This document shows, in pieces, positions 36,546 through 46,930 of a stretch of DNA of 64,000 nucleotides. A model generated the notes under the pieces. That model made no database searches, was not told the origin of the DNA, and saw only the letters and a program-made list of their open reading frames with translations. Every line of letters starts with the position of its first letter. Position 1 is the stretch's first letter. The DNA comes from Patescibacteria group bacterium (GTDB lineage Bacteria; Patescibacteriota; Minisyncoccia; UBA6257; 1-14-0-10-40-38), in assembly GCA_038064975.1 (NCBI GenBank), contig JBBTRX010000007.1:59026-123025 (forward strand). The letters are read 5' to 3'. Made by a program: the position numbers and the translations under genes.

Positions 36546-37850
36546 ATGCAATTCTTCTCTAGAAATAGCAGAGTCTCCCCGGAGGAGTTTGAAACTATTG
36601 AACAAGCGATTACTCCTTATGGAGAGCATCTTAAAACCGTTGTAGAGAAGGGCGGATACAGTAAGACAGAAAGCTCACTCTGCCTTCCCAGCGATGAAAA
36701 ACTCTTACGCCTTTCAGAAGAGGCCGTGAATGTAAAATCATCCCCTGCGCTCCGTTATATATTTGTCGTGGGTATTGGAGGATCAGACTTAGGAACAAAA
36801 GCTGTCTACGACGCTATATTTGGATACTATGATGGAATAGAACCGCATCGATTCCCTAAAATAATTTTCCTTGAAACTGCGGATGCAACGCATCTCCACC
36901 GCATGCAGGGCGGCCTTTCGCTTTCTGAACTTAACCCCAAGGAATTTGTCGTCGTTATTGTAAGCAAATCAGGAACAACGACAGAGACAATCGCAAACAG
37001 CGAAGTGCTTATTCATTTTTTAAAAGGGCGAGAATCTGAACTTCTCCATCGTATCGTTGTTATTACGGAACTTGATTCAATATTATGGAAAGCAGCTGAA
37101 GCTCAAGGGATTACAACGCTCCCCATTCCTAAAACCGTTGGAGGAAGGTATTCCGTTTTCTCTCCAGTAGGAGTGTTTCCTCTCATGATGTGCGGCATTG
37201 ATGTGCACGATCTTTTGGAAGGAGCACGCGATATGAGAGAGCAGTGCTTGAAACCACAACATAAGGAAAATCCCGCTCTCGCGTCAGCTGCCGTATTGTT
37301 CACCTACTATGAGCAAGGACTTGTAGTGCACGACAGTTTTTTCTTCCATCCTGCATTAGAGTCTCTTGGAAAATGGTATCGCCAACTTGTCGGCGAAAGT
37401 TTGGGTAAAGAAAATATAAAAAAATCTCCCGTTGGCATTCTCCCTACAGTTTCTCTCGGATCAACAGATTTACATTCCGTGGGCCAACTCTATTTTGGCG
37501 GACCCAAGCGATCCGTCACTACTTTTATTTCTGTAATCAATGAACCGGCAACCGCAATTCCCACTTCCCGCTTGTTCCCCGAATTGGAACCCCGGCTTGC
37601 GAACAAGCGGATGAACGATGTTCTACTCGCTACCTTAAAAGGCACAAAGCTCGCATATCAAAATCATGGCTTGCCGTTTCTTGAAACAGAACTCTCTGCC
37701 GTTAACGCACGCGAACTTGGCAAATATTTAATGTGGAAGATGATGGAAGTCATGTTTCTTGCACAATTATTGGAGGTAAATGCATTTGATCAACCAAATG
37801 TTGAAGCATATAAGAAAGAAACGCGCGCTATCTTGGACTTTCACGAATAA
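36546..37850 (+). CDS. pgi: Glucose-6-phosphate isomerase (short bacterial/archaeal-type)
   Basis: VVGIGGSDLGTKAV, VVIVSKSGTTTETI, SIS-domain pattern; about 434 aa. Confidence 0.8.
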   Translation: MQFFSRNSRVSPEEFETIEQAITPYGEHLKTVVEKGGYSKTESSLCLPSDEKLLRLSEEAVNVKSSPALRYIFVVGIGGSDLGTKAVYDAIFGYYDGIEPHRFPKIIFLETADATHLHRMQGGLSLSELNPKEFVVVIVSKSGTTTETIANSEVLIHFLKGRESELLHRIVVITELDSILWKAAEAQGITTLPIPKTVGGRYSVFSPVGVFPLMMCGIDVHDLLEGARDMREQCLKPQHKENPALASAAVLFTYYEQGLVVHDSFFFHPALESLGKWYRQLVGESLGKENIKKSPVGILPTVSLGSTDLHSVGQLYFGGPKRSVTTFISVINEPATAIPTSRLFPELEPRLANKRMNDVLLATLKGTKLAYQNHGLPFLETELSAVNARELGKYLMWKMMEVMFLAQLLEVNAFDQPNVEAYKKETRAILDFHE

Positions 37851-37962
37851 CCGGCTGTGCATGAAGATGAAGACAATATCCGTTATAATGAAGATATTGA
37901 AAAAAGGTCGATTACTAAGCCATTAAAAGAATACGGATACTATGAAAGGAAAAGGATTACAC

Positions 37963-38172
37963 ATGATAGCGTTCTTGCTCGTCATTGTTGGCGGCTTGAA
38001 TTGGCTTTTACTCGCTGTTTTCGGTACCGACATTGGCACATGGATCGGCGGAATGGAATCAATTCAGGCGAAAGTTGTTTATGTTCTTGTGGGCCTTTCA
38101 GCAATTTATTTGCTCGTCGGCCATAAGAAGAATTGCAAGATGTGCTCTATGGGAAATGGCATGGGCCAATAA
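37963..38172 (+). CDS. DUF378-family small membrane protein
   Basis: MIAFLLVIVGGLNWLLLAVFG ... VYVLVGLSAIYLL is typical of DUF378. Confidence 0.6.
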   Translation: MIAFLLVIVGGLNWLLLAVFGTDIGTWIGGMESIQAKVVYVLVGLSAIYLLVGHKKNCKMCSMGNGMGQ

Positions 38173-38537
38173 GCAATTTAGTTTCTTTTAATAAAAACGA
38201 TCTGTGTGAGGCAGATCGTTTTTATTTTGCGCGTAAAAATATTGAGTGATAAAAAAATCATTTTATTTTCATAATTAATAATACAAAATAATATTAATTG
38301 CGTGCGTAAAAAAGTTTTTGCACGAAAAAATACAAAAAATATTTTTCTGTGGATAAATTCCCTAGGTTATTTTGTAGAAAGTGCATATACTTTATGTGAG
38401 GGGAGAATTTTTGAAAAAAATTCACATATCCAATTGGATACATTTGCAATCTCGTGCGCAACTCTTCTCTTCTCACGTCGCACGAAACGCACAAAGGTCG
38501 ATCCCAATCATTAGTACTACGTTATACAATTAATTTT

Positions 38538-38642
38538 ATGGCAGCACGCAAACGAAAAAAGACAGCGAAGAAACGGACAGTAAAACGAACTACTCGCCGC
38601 AAGACATCAAAGAAAAAGACTTCTCGCCGCAAGCGGAAGTAA
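38538..38642 (+). CDS. Very basic 34-aa peptide (MAARKRKKTAKKRTVKRTTRRKTSKKKTSRRKRK)
   Basis: Terminator immediately downstream (38661-38692). No recognisable ribosomal-protein match. Weak SD. Confidence 0.3.
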   Translation: MAARKRKKTAKKRTVKRTTRRKTSKKKTSRRKRK

Positions 38643-38660
38643 GATTCTTAGATACTAATC

Positions 38661-38692
38661 CAATAAAACCCCTTACGTTAAGGGGTTTTATT
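38661..38692 (+). terminator. Rho-independent terminator
   Basis: AAAACCCCTTACGTTAAGGGGTTTTATTG. Confidence 0.6.
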
Positions 38693-38727
38693 GCGCTTCA
38701 CAAGGAACCACATATACACTAGAGAAT

Positions 38728-39354
38728 ATGGATACTACGCAACTGAAGAAAAAGGCGCTTACTATTAATAGAGAGCTGAAACGCTTGCATCCAGATGCTG
38801 TAATCGCATTACAGTTTAAAAACCATTGGGAACTGCTCGTCTCGGTCATTCTCTCCGCGCAATGCACGGATAAAAAAGTAAACGAAGTTACGGCAAAACT
38901 TTTTAAGAAATATAAAACACTCCAGAGTTACGTCACCGCGAACCCCAAGGAATTTGAACAGGATATCTATCAGACCGGATTCTATCGCGCAAAGACGCGC
39001 AACATTCTGCGTGCCGCAAAAATGATTAAAGAAAAATTTGGAGGTAAAATCCCGAATACTATGCGTGAAATATTGGAATTACCCGGCGTCGCGCGTAAAA
39101 CAGCCAACGTTGTATTAGGTAATGCCCATAATGTCGTTGAAGGGATTGCTGTGGACACTCACGTAAAACGCCTTACACGTCTTTTCGGCCTGACGCGGCA
39201 TCACGATCCGGTAAAAATAGAGCAGGATCTTATGGCACTACTCCCTCAAAAAGAATGGTTCGGATTCACATATCGCATTATTGATTACGGACGTGCGCAT
39301 TGCACGGCACGATGCAAACATGTATCATGTCCATTACACAAGTACATCGCTTAA
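38728..39354 (+). CDS. nth: Endonuclease III
   Basis: HhH-GPD block (LPGVARKTANVVL). Catalytic Lys/Asp region. C-terminal four-Cys [4Fe-4S] cluster (C..RC...C.L..Y). Confidence 0.8.
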   Translation: MDTTQLKKKALTINRELKRLHPDAVIALQFKNHWELLVSVILSAQCTDKKVNEVTAKLFKKYKTLQSYVTANPKEFEQDIYQTGFYRAKTRNILRAAKMIKEKFGGKIPNTMREILELPGVARKTANVVLGNAHNVVEGIAVDTHVKRLTRLFGLTRHHDPVKIEQDLMALLPQKEWFGFTYRIIDYGRAHCTARCKHVSCPLHKYIA

Positions 39355-39532
39355 TATCATGAACAAAAAAAGAAAGGCCGCTCAGAAAAAGCGCCGCAAA
39401 CGGACAGGAAAGCAAATTTCCTTGCGGCATCGATAGATAGTTTCAAACACTATCGTCTGTGAGTGGACTCTGGGACACGCCTTCTCCGGGGTTTTTCTCT
39501 ATACTACTACTCCATATTAGGGGTCATATACT

Positions 39533-40675
39533 ATGTTTTCATTCACGATAGGAAAAAAATCAAAAAAAAGTTTTGCCCGCCTCGGAACAATCACGACGCC
39601 TCATGGAGTAATCCAAACACCTGCGTTTATTCCTGTTGCAACGCTAGGGGTCGTAAAGGGTGGATTGGACATGGAGGAAACCGAGCGATCCGGAATCCAA
39701 TGCCAAATCACCAACACATTTCATTTCCTTGATTTAAATGCAGTTGATCTTGTCAAAAAAGCAGGAGGATTACACAAGTTTTTTCAATTTTCAAAACCAA
39801 TATTTACCGATTCCGGCGGATTCCAGGTTTTTAGTTTGGGCAAAGGAACGGAATATGGATTCGGTAAGATCGTTTCATTTTTCCCCGAGAAACAGGATCT
39901 ACAAAAACGCAAAGAAGGATTTGTTAAAATCACAGAAGACGGCGTTACCTTTCGCTCTCCACGCGACGGACGAACTATCATACTTCGACCAGAGGATTCC
40001 GCTGCTACACAAAAATCACTTGGAGCAGACTTTATATATTTATTGGATATTTGCGGAACGGTGCTTGATGATAAAGCAGAAACAAAACGAGATCTTGAAC
40101 GGACGAACCGGTGGTTCAAGCGTTTCTTGGATACAAAAATTTCACCCACGCAAGCCACGTTTGGCATTATCCAAGGCGGAACGTTTCGGGATTTGCGAAA
40201 GGAATCAGCAAAAGCAGTGAGTAATCTTCCGGTCTTCGGTATTGCAATCGGCGGAGCGCTCGGGAAAAGCAAGGCGGACGTAAAGCGCGTGCTTTCATGG
40301 GTAAATGAATATATTGATTGGGAAAAGCCGCACCATATGTTGGGTATTGGAGACTTAGAATCAATCCCCGAAATGATAAAAGGTGGTATCGATCTTTTTG
40401 ATTGCGCGCTCCCCACTCGCATAGCACGGCATGGTACTGCACTTACCACGCGAGGATACCTCCAACTCAAAAAGGCTGAGTTTAGAAATGATATGAAGCC
40501 GATTATTCCTTCATGTATATGTTTTACTTGTTTAAACTATTCGCGCGCACATCTCCACTTTTTGCTTAAAGGATACGAACTATTGCCGTTAAAACTCCTG
40601 ACCATACATAATCTAGGCCTTATGGAGCAGTATGTTGCTAACATTCGAGAGAAAATTGCAGCGGGGAAAATATAA
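39533..40675 (+). CDS. tgt: Queuine tRNA-ribosyltransferase
   Basis: TPAFIPVAT, FTDSGGFQVFSL, and zinc site CICFTC...H. Confidence 0.85.
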   Translation: MFSFTIGKKSKKSFARLGTITTPHGVIQTPAFIPVATLGVVKGGLDMEETERSGIQCQITNTFHFLDLNAVDLVKKAGGLHKFFQFSKPIFTDSGGFQVFSLGKGTEYGFGKIVSFFPEKQDLQKRKEGFVKITEDGVTFRSPRDGRTIILRPEDSAATQKSLGADFIYLLDICGTVLDDKAETKRDLERTNRWFKRFLDTKISPTQATFGIIQGGTFRDLRKESAKAVSNLPVFGIAIGGALGKSKADVKRVLSWVNEYIDWEKPHHMLGIGDLESIPEMIKGGIDLFDCALPTRIARHGTALTTRGYLQLKKAEFRNDMKPIIPSCICFTCLNYSRAHLHFLLKGYELLPLKLLTIHNLGLMEQYVANIREKIAAGKI

Positions 40676-40697
40676 TAAATAATGATATACTAAATCC

Positions 40698-41729
40698 ATG
40701 CCACTGAAGGATTCTCATCGTTTTCTCGTTGCCGTTCTTCTCTTCTTTTTTGCGTTGTTCGTTTTTGTTCTCAGCGGGTTTTTAGCCCCTGTGGTGTTAG
40801 GTTTTTTACTCGCAGCACTTAGTTTTCCACTCTATCACTTTCTTGCGAAGCGCATTCATGCCAATCTCGCCGCCCTTGTAGTAACTATTCTTGTTGTTCT
40901 TATTATTATCATCCCTGTGAGTGCCGCCCTTTTTGCGCTTACCAGTGAAGCGGTAAGTTTTGCGAATATCGCCCGAACCCAAGGTGTGAATGAAGGAACG
41001 GTCTTTGATGTCATAGAAAAAATCGCCTTAAAGTTTGGGATTTCTGCGATCGATCAGATTGAACAGAATATTTCTCTTGCACTCCGCAATATCGGCACCT
41101 TTCTTACTCAAGAGATCGGAACGGCTCTCTCCAATGCGTTTCGATTTGGCATCAATTTCTTTGTCATGCTTATTACCCTTTTCTATGTCCTTCGCGACGG
41201 GAAGGCATTTGGATCGTTCGTTATGTTTTTCAGTCCGCTTAAATCCCAGGATGAACTTCTTATTTATCGGACATTCCGTGAAACTGGAAAGGCAGTAGTT
41301 ACGAGCACATTCGCGGGAGCACTTCTCCAAGGAGTATTGGGTGGATTAGCATTCACTTTTGCTGGGCTTGCCTCCCCTGTTTTTTGGGGATCGCTTATGG
41401 CTTTTTTGGGTCTTATCCCATTTTTAGGGCCTTTTATTGTGTTTGTTCCTGCGGCCCTTTATCTTTTCTTTATTGGCAAAACCGGTATTGCCATACTCTT
41501 TTTGCTTTTTAATATTCTTATTGTTTCCTCGGTTGATAACCTCATCAAGCCATTTATTATGGGAGGGCAAGCGCATATCCATCCACTTCTTAGCCTACTC
41601 GCTATCCTCGGAGGAATTACCGCATTTGGTATTATAGGAATTGTCTATGGTCCGCTTATCTTTGCAATTTTCCTTGCATTGCTTAAAGTATATGAAGAGT
41701 CGTCAAAATCATCTCATACCCATTCATGA
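40698..41729 (+). CDS. AI-2E family (UPF0118/PF01594) transporter
   Basis: Eight predicted TM helices with AI-2E topology; about 340 aa. Confidence 0.55.
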   Translation: MPLKDSHRFLVAVLLFFFALFVFVLSGFLAPVVLGFLLAALSFPLYHFLAKRIHANLAALVVTILVVLIIIIPVSAALFALTSEAVSFANIARTQGVNEGTVFDVIEKIALKFGISAIDQIEQNISLALRNIGTFLTQEIGTALSNAFRFGINFFVMLITLFYVLRDGKAFGSFVMFFSPLKSQDELLIYRTFRETGKAVVTSTFAGALLQGVLGGLAFTFAGLASPVFWGSLMAFLGLIPFLGPFIVFVPAALYLFFIGKTGIAILFLLFNILIVSSVDNLIKPFIMGGQAHIHPLLSLLAILGGITAFGIIGIVYGPLIFAIFLALLKVYEESSKSSHTHS

Positions 41730-41897
41730 AAAAATTTAAAAACATATTAGTTATTGTCGTTATCAGCCTCATTATTATTGCGTTCATCGCTCCTCTCTTC
41801 CTGGGATACGGATTCTAAGCCGGATTCTTTGTGTGTAGAGGCGAAATTTGATAGAATAGAGTAAGGAAACGTCGTAATCATCATTTACTTTAATAGT

Positions 41898-42059
41898 ATG
41901 GAACAAAATAAGAACTGCGAGCATTGCAAAAAAGAAGATTGTAAGACGTGTGTAACGGATTCAGGTAAAACGTTTTGCTGCCAAAACTGCTGCGACGAAT
42001 ATAAGGAGAAATCCCACGAAGAGAAAAAAGAACCCGCAAACGTTTGTAAATTTTGCTAG
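41898..42059 (+). CDS. Cysteine-rich 53-aa protein (metal-binding, metallothionein/TRASH-like)
   Basis: MEQNKNCEHCKKEDCKTCVTDSGKTFCCQNCCDEYKEKSHEEKKEPANVCKFC has 11 Cys in CxxC/CC pairs. It ends 12 nt upstream of the P-type ATPase. Confidence 0.45.
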   Translation: MEQNKNCEHCKKEDCKTCVTDSGKTFCCQNCCDEYKEKSHEEKKEPANVCKFC

Positions 42060-42071
42060 GTAATTGCCGTT

Positions 42072-44657
42072 ATGCCAAAAATTGATTGGCATTCCCAAAC
42101 ATTCCCCGAGACCATCACTTCGCTCAAAACCAATCCTAACGGATTGGATGAGACCGAAGTAAAAAGGCGTCTCGGGGAATTTGGTTTGAATAAGCTCGCC
42201 GAAGAAAAGAAATTAGGGTGGCTTCGCCTGCTTCTTAGGCAATTTCAAAGCCCGCTCGTATACCTCTTATTTATTGCTGGTGGGGTAACTATTTGGCTCC
42301 ACGAAACAACGGATACTATCGTCATTCTTCTCTCTGTTGCCGTAAATACGGGCATAGGATTCTATCAAGAATTCCATTCTGGAAACGTTTTTGACTCCCT
42401 CAAGAAAACGGTAAAAACGACCGGAATCGTAATGCGAAACAATGAACCGAGAGAGATTCTTGCGGATCAAATTGTTCCTGGAGATATTATTCTGCTTAAA
42501 ACCGGCCTCAAAATTCCTGCTGACGCGCGCCTCATTTCCGAACGGGATCTAAATATTGACGAATCTTTGCTTACCGGAGAGTCAAAGCCCGTTTCTAAAA
42601 CGACTGATCCGCTCTCTCCTCAAACTCCTCTCGCAGATCGCTCAAATATGGTTTTTATGGGAACAGTAACAGAACGTGGAGAAGGCGTTGCTGTTGTAGT
42701 AACTACGGGATCGCAGACTGAAATTGGAGCAATAGCAGAACTGACACGTAAAGTTGAAGACGAATCAACGCCCCTTCAGGAGCGTATTAGCCGACTCGGG
42801 CAAACCCTTATCGCTATATCCGTATCTGCAATTCTTCTCATCTTTGCACTTGGGATTCTGGAAGGACGGGGCTTTGCGGAAATGCTTACGACGTCCGTCG
42901 CCATAGCTGTTGCAGCAATACCCGAAGGCTTGCCCGCCGCAATTGCCGTCGTACTTGCCGTTGGCGCACAGCGCGTCTACCGCAAAAAAGGACTTATTAG
43001 GAGACTTGTCGCCGCAGAGACCTTGGGATCAGTTTCGGTAATTTGCACCGATAAAACAGGGACGCTCACCGAAGGGAAAATGAAGCTTGAGAAACTACTT
43101 CTAGGGGACGCAAACGAATCTGATAAACAAATCGCCATGTATGCTCTTGGACTTTCTAATGAAGCCCTTCTTGAAACACAGGACGGCAAAAGTACAATCA
43201 ACGGAGATTCAACCGATCAGGCGAAAATGGTGTATTTTCTAGGAGCGGGGAATCGGCTCCAGACCGTACTTACCGAGCTACCTCGCATCACTCTTCTTTC
43301 ATTTAGTTCTGAAACAAAATACCTCGCGTCATTCCATAATGATAAAGGTAAAACAAAAATCTTTATTACCGGAGCTCCCGAAGTACTGCTTAAAATTGCA
43401 GATGGCGCGGACAGCGGGTATTGGTTGAGTCAAAACAATGAACTTGCAAGCCAAGGATTTCGGATTATCGGAATTGCTGAAAAAACGTTAGACAATCTTA
43501 TTCCCGCAAACGCTGATCAGGTTAATTTACAAGATCAAATTCACGGCATCCGTTTCCTCGGTATTGCAGCAATCAGAGATCCGATTAGACCCGATGTCAA
43601 AGAAACGATCCAAAAAACACGGGGAGCCGGCGTTACGGTCGTTATGATCACCGGAGACAATCGCCTTACCGCTCGAGCGATTGGAAAAGAGCTTGGCTTT
43701 CTAGATAACTCTGAATCAATTATTGATGGCGAGGAATTGGATCGTTTAAGTGAGGATGAGTTTATAAAACGCATCAGATCCCTTGCTATCTATGCTCGTG
43801 TTTCGCCGGCGCATAAAATGCGCATTGTACAAGCATGGCAAAAGATCGGAGAAACGGTTGCGATGACGGGAGACGGAGTAAACGACGCACCCTCGCTCAA
43901 GGCCGCAGATATCGGTATCGGAGTGGGAGGTGGCACTGATGTCGCCAAAGACGCGAGCGATCTTATCCTTATTGATAACAGTCTTACTACGATAACCGCC
44001 GCTATTGAACAGGGACGTATTGCTTTTGATAATATCAGGAAGGTTGTTGTTTTCCTTTTAAATGGGACGTTTACGGAAGTTTTGATTATTTTGGGCGCCC
44101 TTCTTTTTAAACTTCCATTACCACTTACTGCAGTACAAATCTTATGGGTAAATCTTATAGAAGATGGCTTACCGAATTTCGCGCTCGCATTTGAACCCGG
44201 AGAACCGGATGTTATGAACCGTCCTCCGCTCCCCCGCAAAGCTCCGATTATTAATAAAGAAAGTGCCTGGATTATTTTCTTTGCTGGTATCGTGAGCGAT
44301 GTTCTTCTTGTTGGACTTTTTATCCAATTGGATTTACATAGCATCTTTTCTCTCGCCGAAGTGCAAACTATCTTTTTTGCGGCCGTCGGATCTGATGCCT
44401 TGTTTAATATTTTTGCCCTTAAATCATTAAAACAACCGCTCTATCGCACTAAATTCGGCAATAATCCTTATCTTCTTTTTGCCGTCGGTATTGGAGCCGT
44501 TATTATGATTCTTTCCATCTATACTCCCTTTTTAAATGCATTCCTTCATACTGCTCCACTTGGTCTTGCAGGTATCAGTATCGTTCTTGGGTATCTTGTC
44601 TTCCGAACAATACTCATTGAGCTTATTAAGTGGAAGTTCCGGTCTTCCCATGAGTAA
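42072..44657 (+). CDS. P2-type cation-transporting P-type ATPase (Ca2+/Mg2+ class)
   Basis: DKTGTLT phosphorylation motif, TGDN, GDGVNDAPSL, and PEGLPA in TM4 (P2-type). No CPC heavy-metal motif. Confidence 0.85.
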   Translation: MPKIDWHSQTFPETITSLKTNPNGLDETEVKRRLGEFGLNKLAEEKKLGWLRLLLRQFQSPLVYLLFIAGGVTIWLHETTDTIVILLSVAVNTGIGFYQEFHSGNVFDSLKKTVKTTGIVMRNNEPREILADQIVPGDIILLKTGLKIPADARLISERDLNIDESLLTGESKPVSKTTDPLSPQTPLADRSNMVFMGTVTERGEGVAVVVTTGSQTEIGAIAELTRKVEDESTPLQERISRLGQTLIAISVSAILLIFALGILEGRGFAEMLTTSVAIAVAAIPEGLPAAIAVVLAVGAQRVYRKKGLIRRLVAAETLGSVSVICTDKTGTLTEGKMKLEKLLLGDANESDKQIAMYALGLSNEALLETQDGKSTINGDSTDQAKMVYFLGAGNRLQTVLTELPRITLLSFSSETKYLASFHNDKGKTKIFITGAPEVLLKIADGADSGYWLSQNNELASQGFRIIGIAEKTLDNLIPANADQVNLQDQIHGIRFLGIAAIRDPIRPDVKETIQKTRGAGVTVVMITGDNRLTARAIGKELGFLDNSESIIDGEELDRLSEDEFIKRIRSLAIYARVSPAHKMRIVQAWQKIGETVAMTGDGVNDAPSLKAADIGIGVGGGTDVAKDASDLILIDNSLTTITAAIEQGRIAFDNIRKVVVFLLNGTFTEVLIILGALLFKLPLPLTAVQILWVNLIEDGLPNFALAFEPGEPDVMNRPPLPRKAPIINKESAWIIFFAGIVSDVLLVGLFIQLDLHSIFSLAEVQTIFFAAVGSDALFNIFALKSLKQPLYRTKFGNNPYLLFAVGIGAVIMILSIYTPFLNAFLHTAPLGLAGISIVLGYLVFRTILIELIKWKFRSSHE

Positions 44658-44680
44658 GGGGTGATATACTTAAAAGCACT

Positions 44681-45688
44681 ATGCCGTTTGCGCAAAAAAA
44701 AGAGGAGTACGCAGATTTACCAGCTCATGCTGCCGGAAGATTGATGGCGCAAAATATTCCGATTATCCGCCCGGATGACACCATTGCGAGCGCGGAAAGA
44801 TTCCTTATGGAACATGCGAGAGATCTCGCAACCATTAATTATCTCTATGTTGCAGATAAGGAAAGACTAGTTGGAGTACTTTCTATTAAAGAGGTTTTTC
44901 GCTCGCTTAAAACAACTCCGGTTGCTGATTTAATGAGACGGGAACTTATAACGGCCCGCCCTCATACTGAAGCAGGCAGAATCGCGCTTCTTGCAATTGA
45001 ACATAATTTAAAAGAAATCCCTATTGTAAACGGGGAAGGAAAACTTTTGGGCTCGGTCGGATCCGATATGGTTCTCCATATTCTTCACGAAAAACATGTA
45101 ACAGAAATGCTCTCGGTGGCCGGAGTTCATGGGTTTCAGGATTCACAAAAGCTTGCCTCTGCGTCTATTGGTTTATTACTCAAAAAACGCCTTCCCTGGC
45201 TTCTTCTGGGGCTCGGCGGAAGTATTATTGCCGCAGCCATTATTGGATCGTTCCATACAGAAATTCAAGCAACAATTCTTCTTGCTGCTTTCATTCCAGC
45301 AGTAACATATATCTCGGGAGCGGTAGGGGCACAGGGCAATTCTATTTTTGTAAGAACACTTGCTCTGGATAGAAATTTTAAGTTCGGAGCCTATATCCGT
45401 CGGGAGATTCAGATTTCTTTCAGTATTGCCATCCTTCTTGCTATCACGATGGGATTTGTTTCTTTTCTCGTCTGGCAGAACCAAGTCTTGAGCATCATTC
45501 TTGCCTCATCCTTTCTTATCTCCATACTCGCTTCTTCCGTGATTTCAATATTTTTGCCTTGGATTTTTTTGAAATATAAAGTTGACCCTGCACTAGTGAG
45601 CGCTCCTTTTGATACCATTCTTTCCGATATTGTAAGTATTACTATTTATTTTGCCCTTGCCTCATTCATTCTGCGTATCTCCGCATAA
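44681..45688 (+). CDS. mgtE: MgtE-type magnesium transporter (CBS pair plus MgtE TM domain)
   Basis: Two CBS motifs, then a five-TM domain with GAVGAQGNSIFVRTLALD. Confidence 0.65.
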   Translation: MPFAQKKEEYADLPAHAAGRLMAQNIPIIRPDDTIASAERFLMEHARDLATINYLYVADKERLVGVLSIKEVFRSLKTTPVADLMRRELITARPHTEAGRIALLAIEHNLKEIPIVNGEGKLLGSVGSDMVLHILHEKHVTEMLSVAGVHGFQDSQKLASASIGLLLKKRLPWLLLGLGGSIIAAAIIGSFHTEIQATILLAAFIPAVTYISGAVGAQGNSIFVRTLALDRNFKFGAYIRREIQISFSIAILLAITMGFVSFLVWQNQVLSIILASSFLISILASSVISIFLPWIFLKYKVDPALVSAPFDTILSDIVSITIYFALASFILRISA

Positions 45689-45690
45689 AT

Positions 45691-45756
45691 CCCGTTAGAA
45701 ACATCCTGCTTCTAACGGGATAAATAAAATCCCCGCCGAACGCGGGGATTTTATAA
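45691..45756. terminator. Two hairpin terminators between convergent mgtE and ftsZ
   Basis: CCCGTTAGAAACATCCTGCTTCTAACGGG, and CCCCGCCGAACGCGGGG flanked by A- and T-runs. Confidence 0.6.
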
Positions 45757-45766
45757 TTTCCTAGCG

Positions 45767-46930
45767 TTATTTCTTTCGTTTTCTCAAGAATGCTGGGATA
45801 TCCCAAATGTCTTCCTCAGCTTTTTTGGCAGCTTCCTTTATAGACGGTTCTTCTACTTTCGGCTCTTCTCGATGAAACGCCTTAGGTGGCTCATCTACCG
45901 TAAAGAGCGTTGGAGATGGTGCAATATCCATACTGCGGGAAAAATTCGCATTAAATCCGGTCGCGATAAGGGTAATCTTAATCTGTCCGGGTTTTAACTT
46001 CCTATCATGATAAGCACCGAAGATGATTCTCGCGCTCGCGTCTACCGATGCCGCTATCGTTTTTGCCACGTCATTAATTTCAGTCATCCTCAAATCCTTA
46101 CTTCCAGCTATTCCAAAAAGAACTCCTCGTGCGCCTTCTATGGAAACTTCCAAGAGCGGAGAATTCACCACTTGGCTTACAGCATTCACCGCGCGATCAG
46201 GGCCGCTCCCAATACCAATGCCGACGAGCGCTGAGCCTGCATCTTGCATGATAGCTCGAACGTCCGCGAAGTCCACGTTGATAATACCCGGCATCGCGAT
46301 AAGTTCAGAGATGCCTTGTACCGCGGATCTGAGTACATCATCAATATATTCAAATGCCTTAAGAAGCGGGGTATCCTTGCGGATGATACTAAAGATCCTG
46401 TCGTTTGGGACAACAATCAGCGTATCTACTTTTTCTTTAAGCCGCATAAGGGCACTTTCTGCAATCTTCATGCGCTGAGACCCTTCAAACCCAAAAGGCT
46501 TTGTTACTACACCAACAGTGAGCGCTCCTGCCTCTCTGGCCGCTTCAGCGACAAGCGGACTTACACCAGAGCCCGTTCCTCCGCCAAGCCCTGCGGTAAT
46601 AAAAACAAGATCTGCGCCTTTCAAGGCTTCAACAATTTCTGATTTATTTTCTTCCGCCGCCTGCCTACCAATCTCCGGATTCATACCGGTACCCAAGCCA
46701 CGCGTTAAATTTCTTCCGATATAAATTTTCTTTCTCGCCTCGCAATAATCCAAATCCTGCGCATCAGTATTAATGGCGATAAACTCAAGGCCTCGAATAT
46801 TGATACTTTGAACCATCCGCGATACGGCATTTCCGCCTCCACCGCCAACTCCCACTACTTTGATTTTTGGGGTATAAATCTGCGAAGTAGTAGTTAATTC
46901 TCGTTTAGTTTTTTTCATATGAGAACCCAT
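45767..46930 (-). CDS. ftsZ: Cell division protein FtsZ
   Basis: GGGTGSG tubulin signature. VVTKPFGFEG. Confidence 0.9.
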   Translation of the reverse strand: MGSHMKKTKRELTTTSQIYTPKIKVVGVGGGGGNAVSRMVQSINIRGLEFIAINTDAQDLDYCEARKKIYIGRNLTRGLGTGMNPEIGRQAAEENKSEIVEALKGADLVFITAGLGGGTGSGVSPLVAEAAREAGALTVGVVTKPFGFEGSQRMKIAESALMRLKEKVDTLIVVPNDRIFSIIRKDTPLLKAFEYIDDVLRSAVQGISELIAMPGIINVDFADVRAIMQDAGSALVGIGIGSGPDRAVNAVSQVVNSPLLEVSIEGARGVLFGIAGSKDLRMTEINDVAKTIAASVDASARIIFGAYHDRKLKPGQIKITLIATGFNANFSRSMDIAPSPTLFTVDEPPKAFHREEPKVEEPSIKEAAKKAEEDIWDIPAFLRKRKK

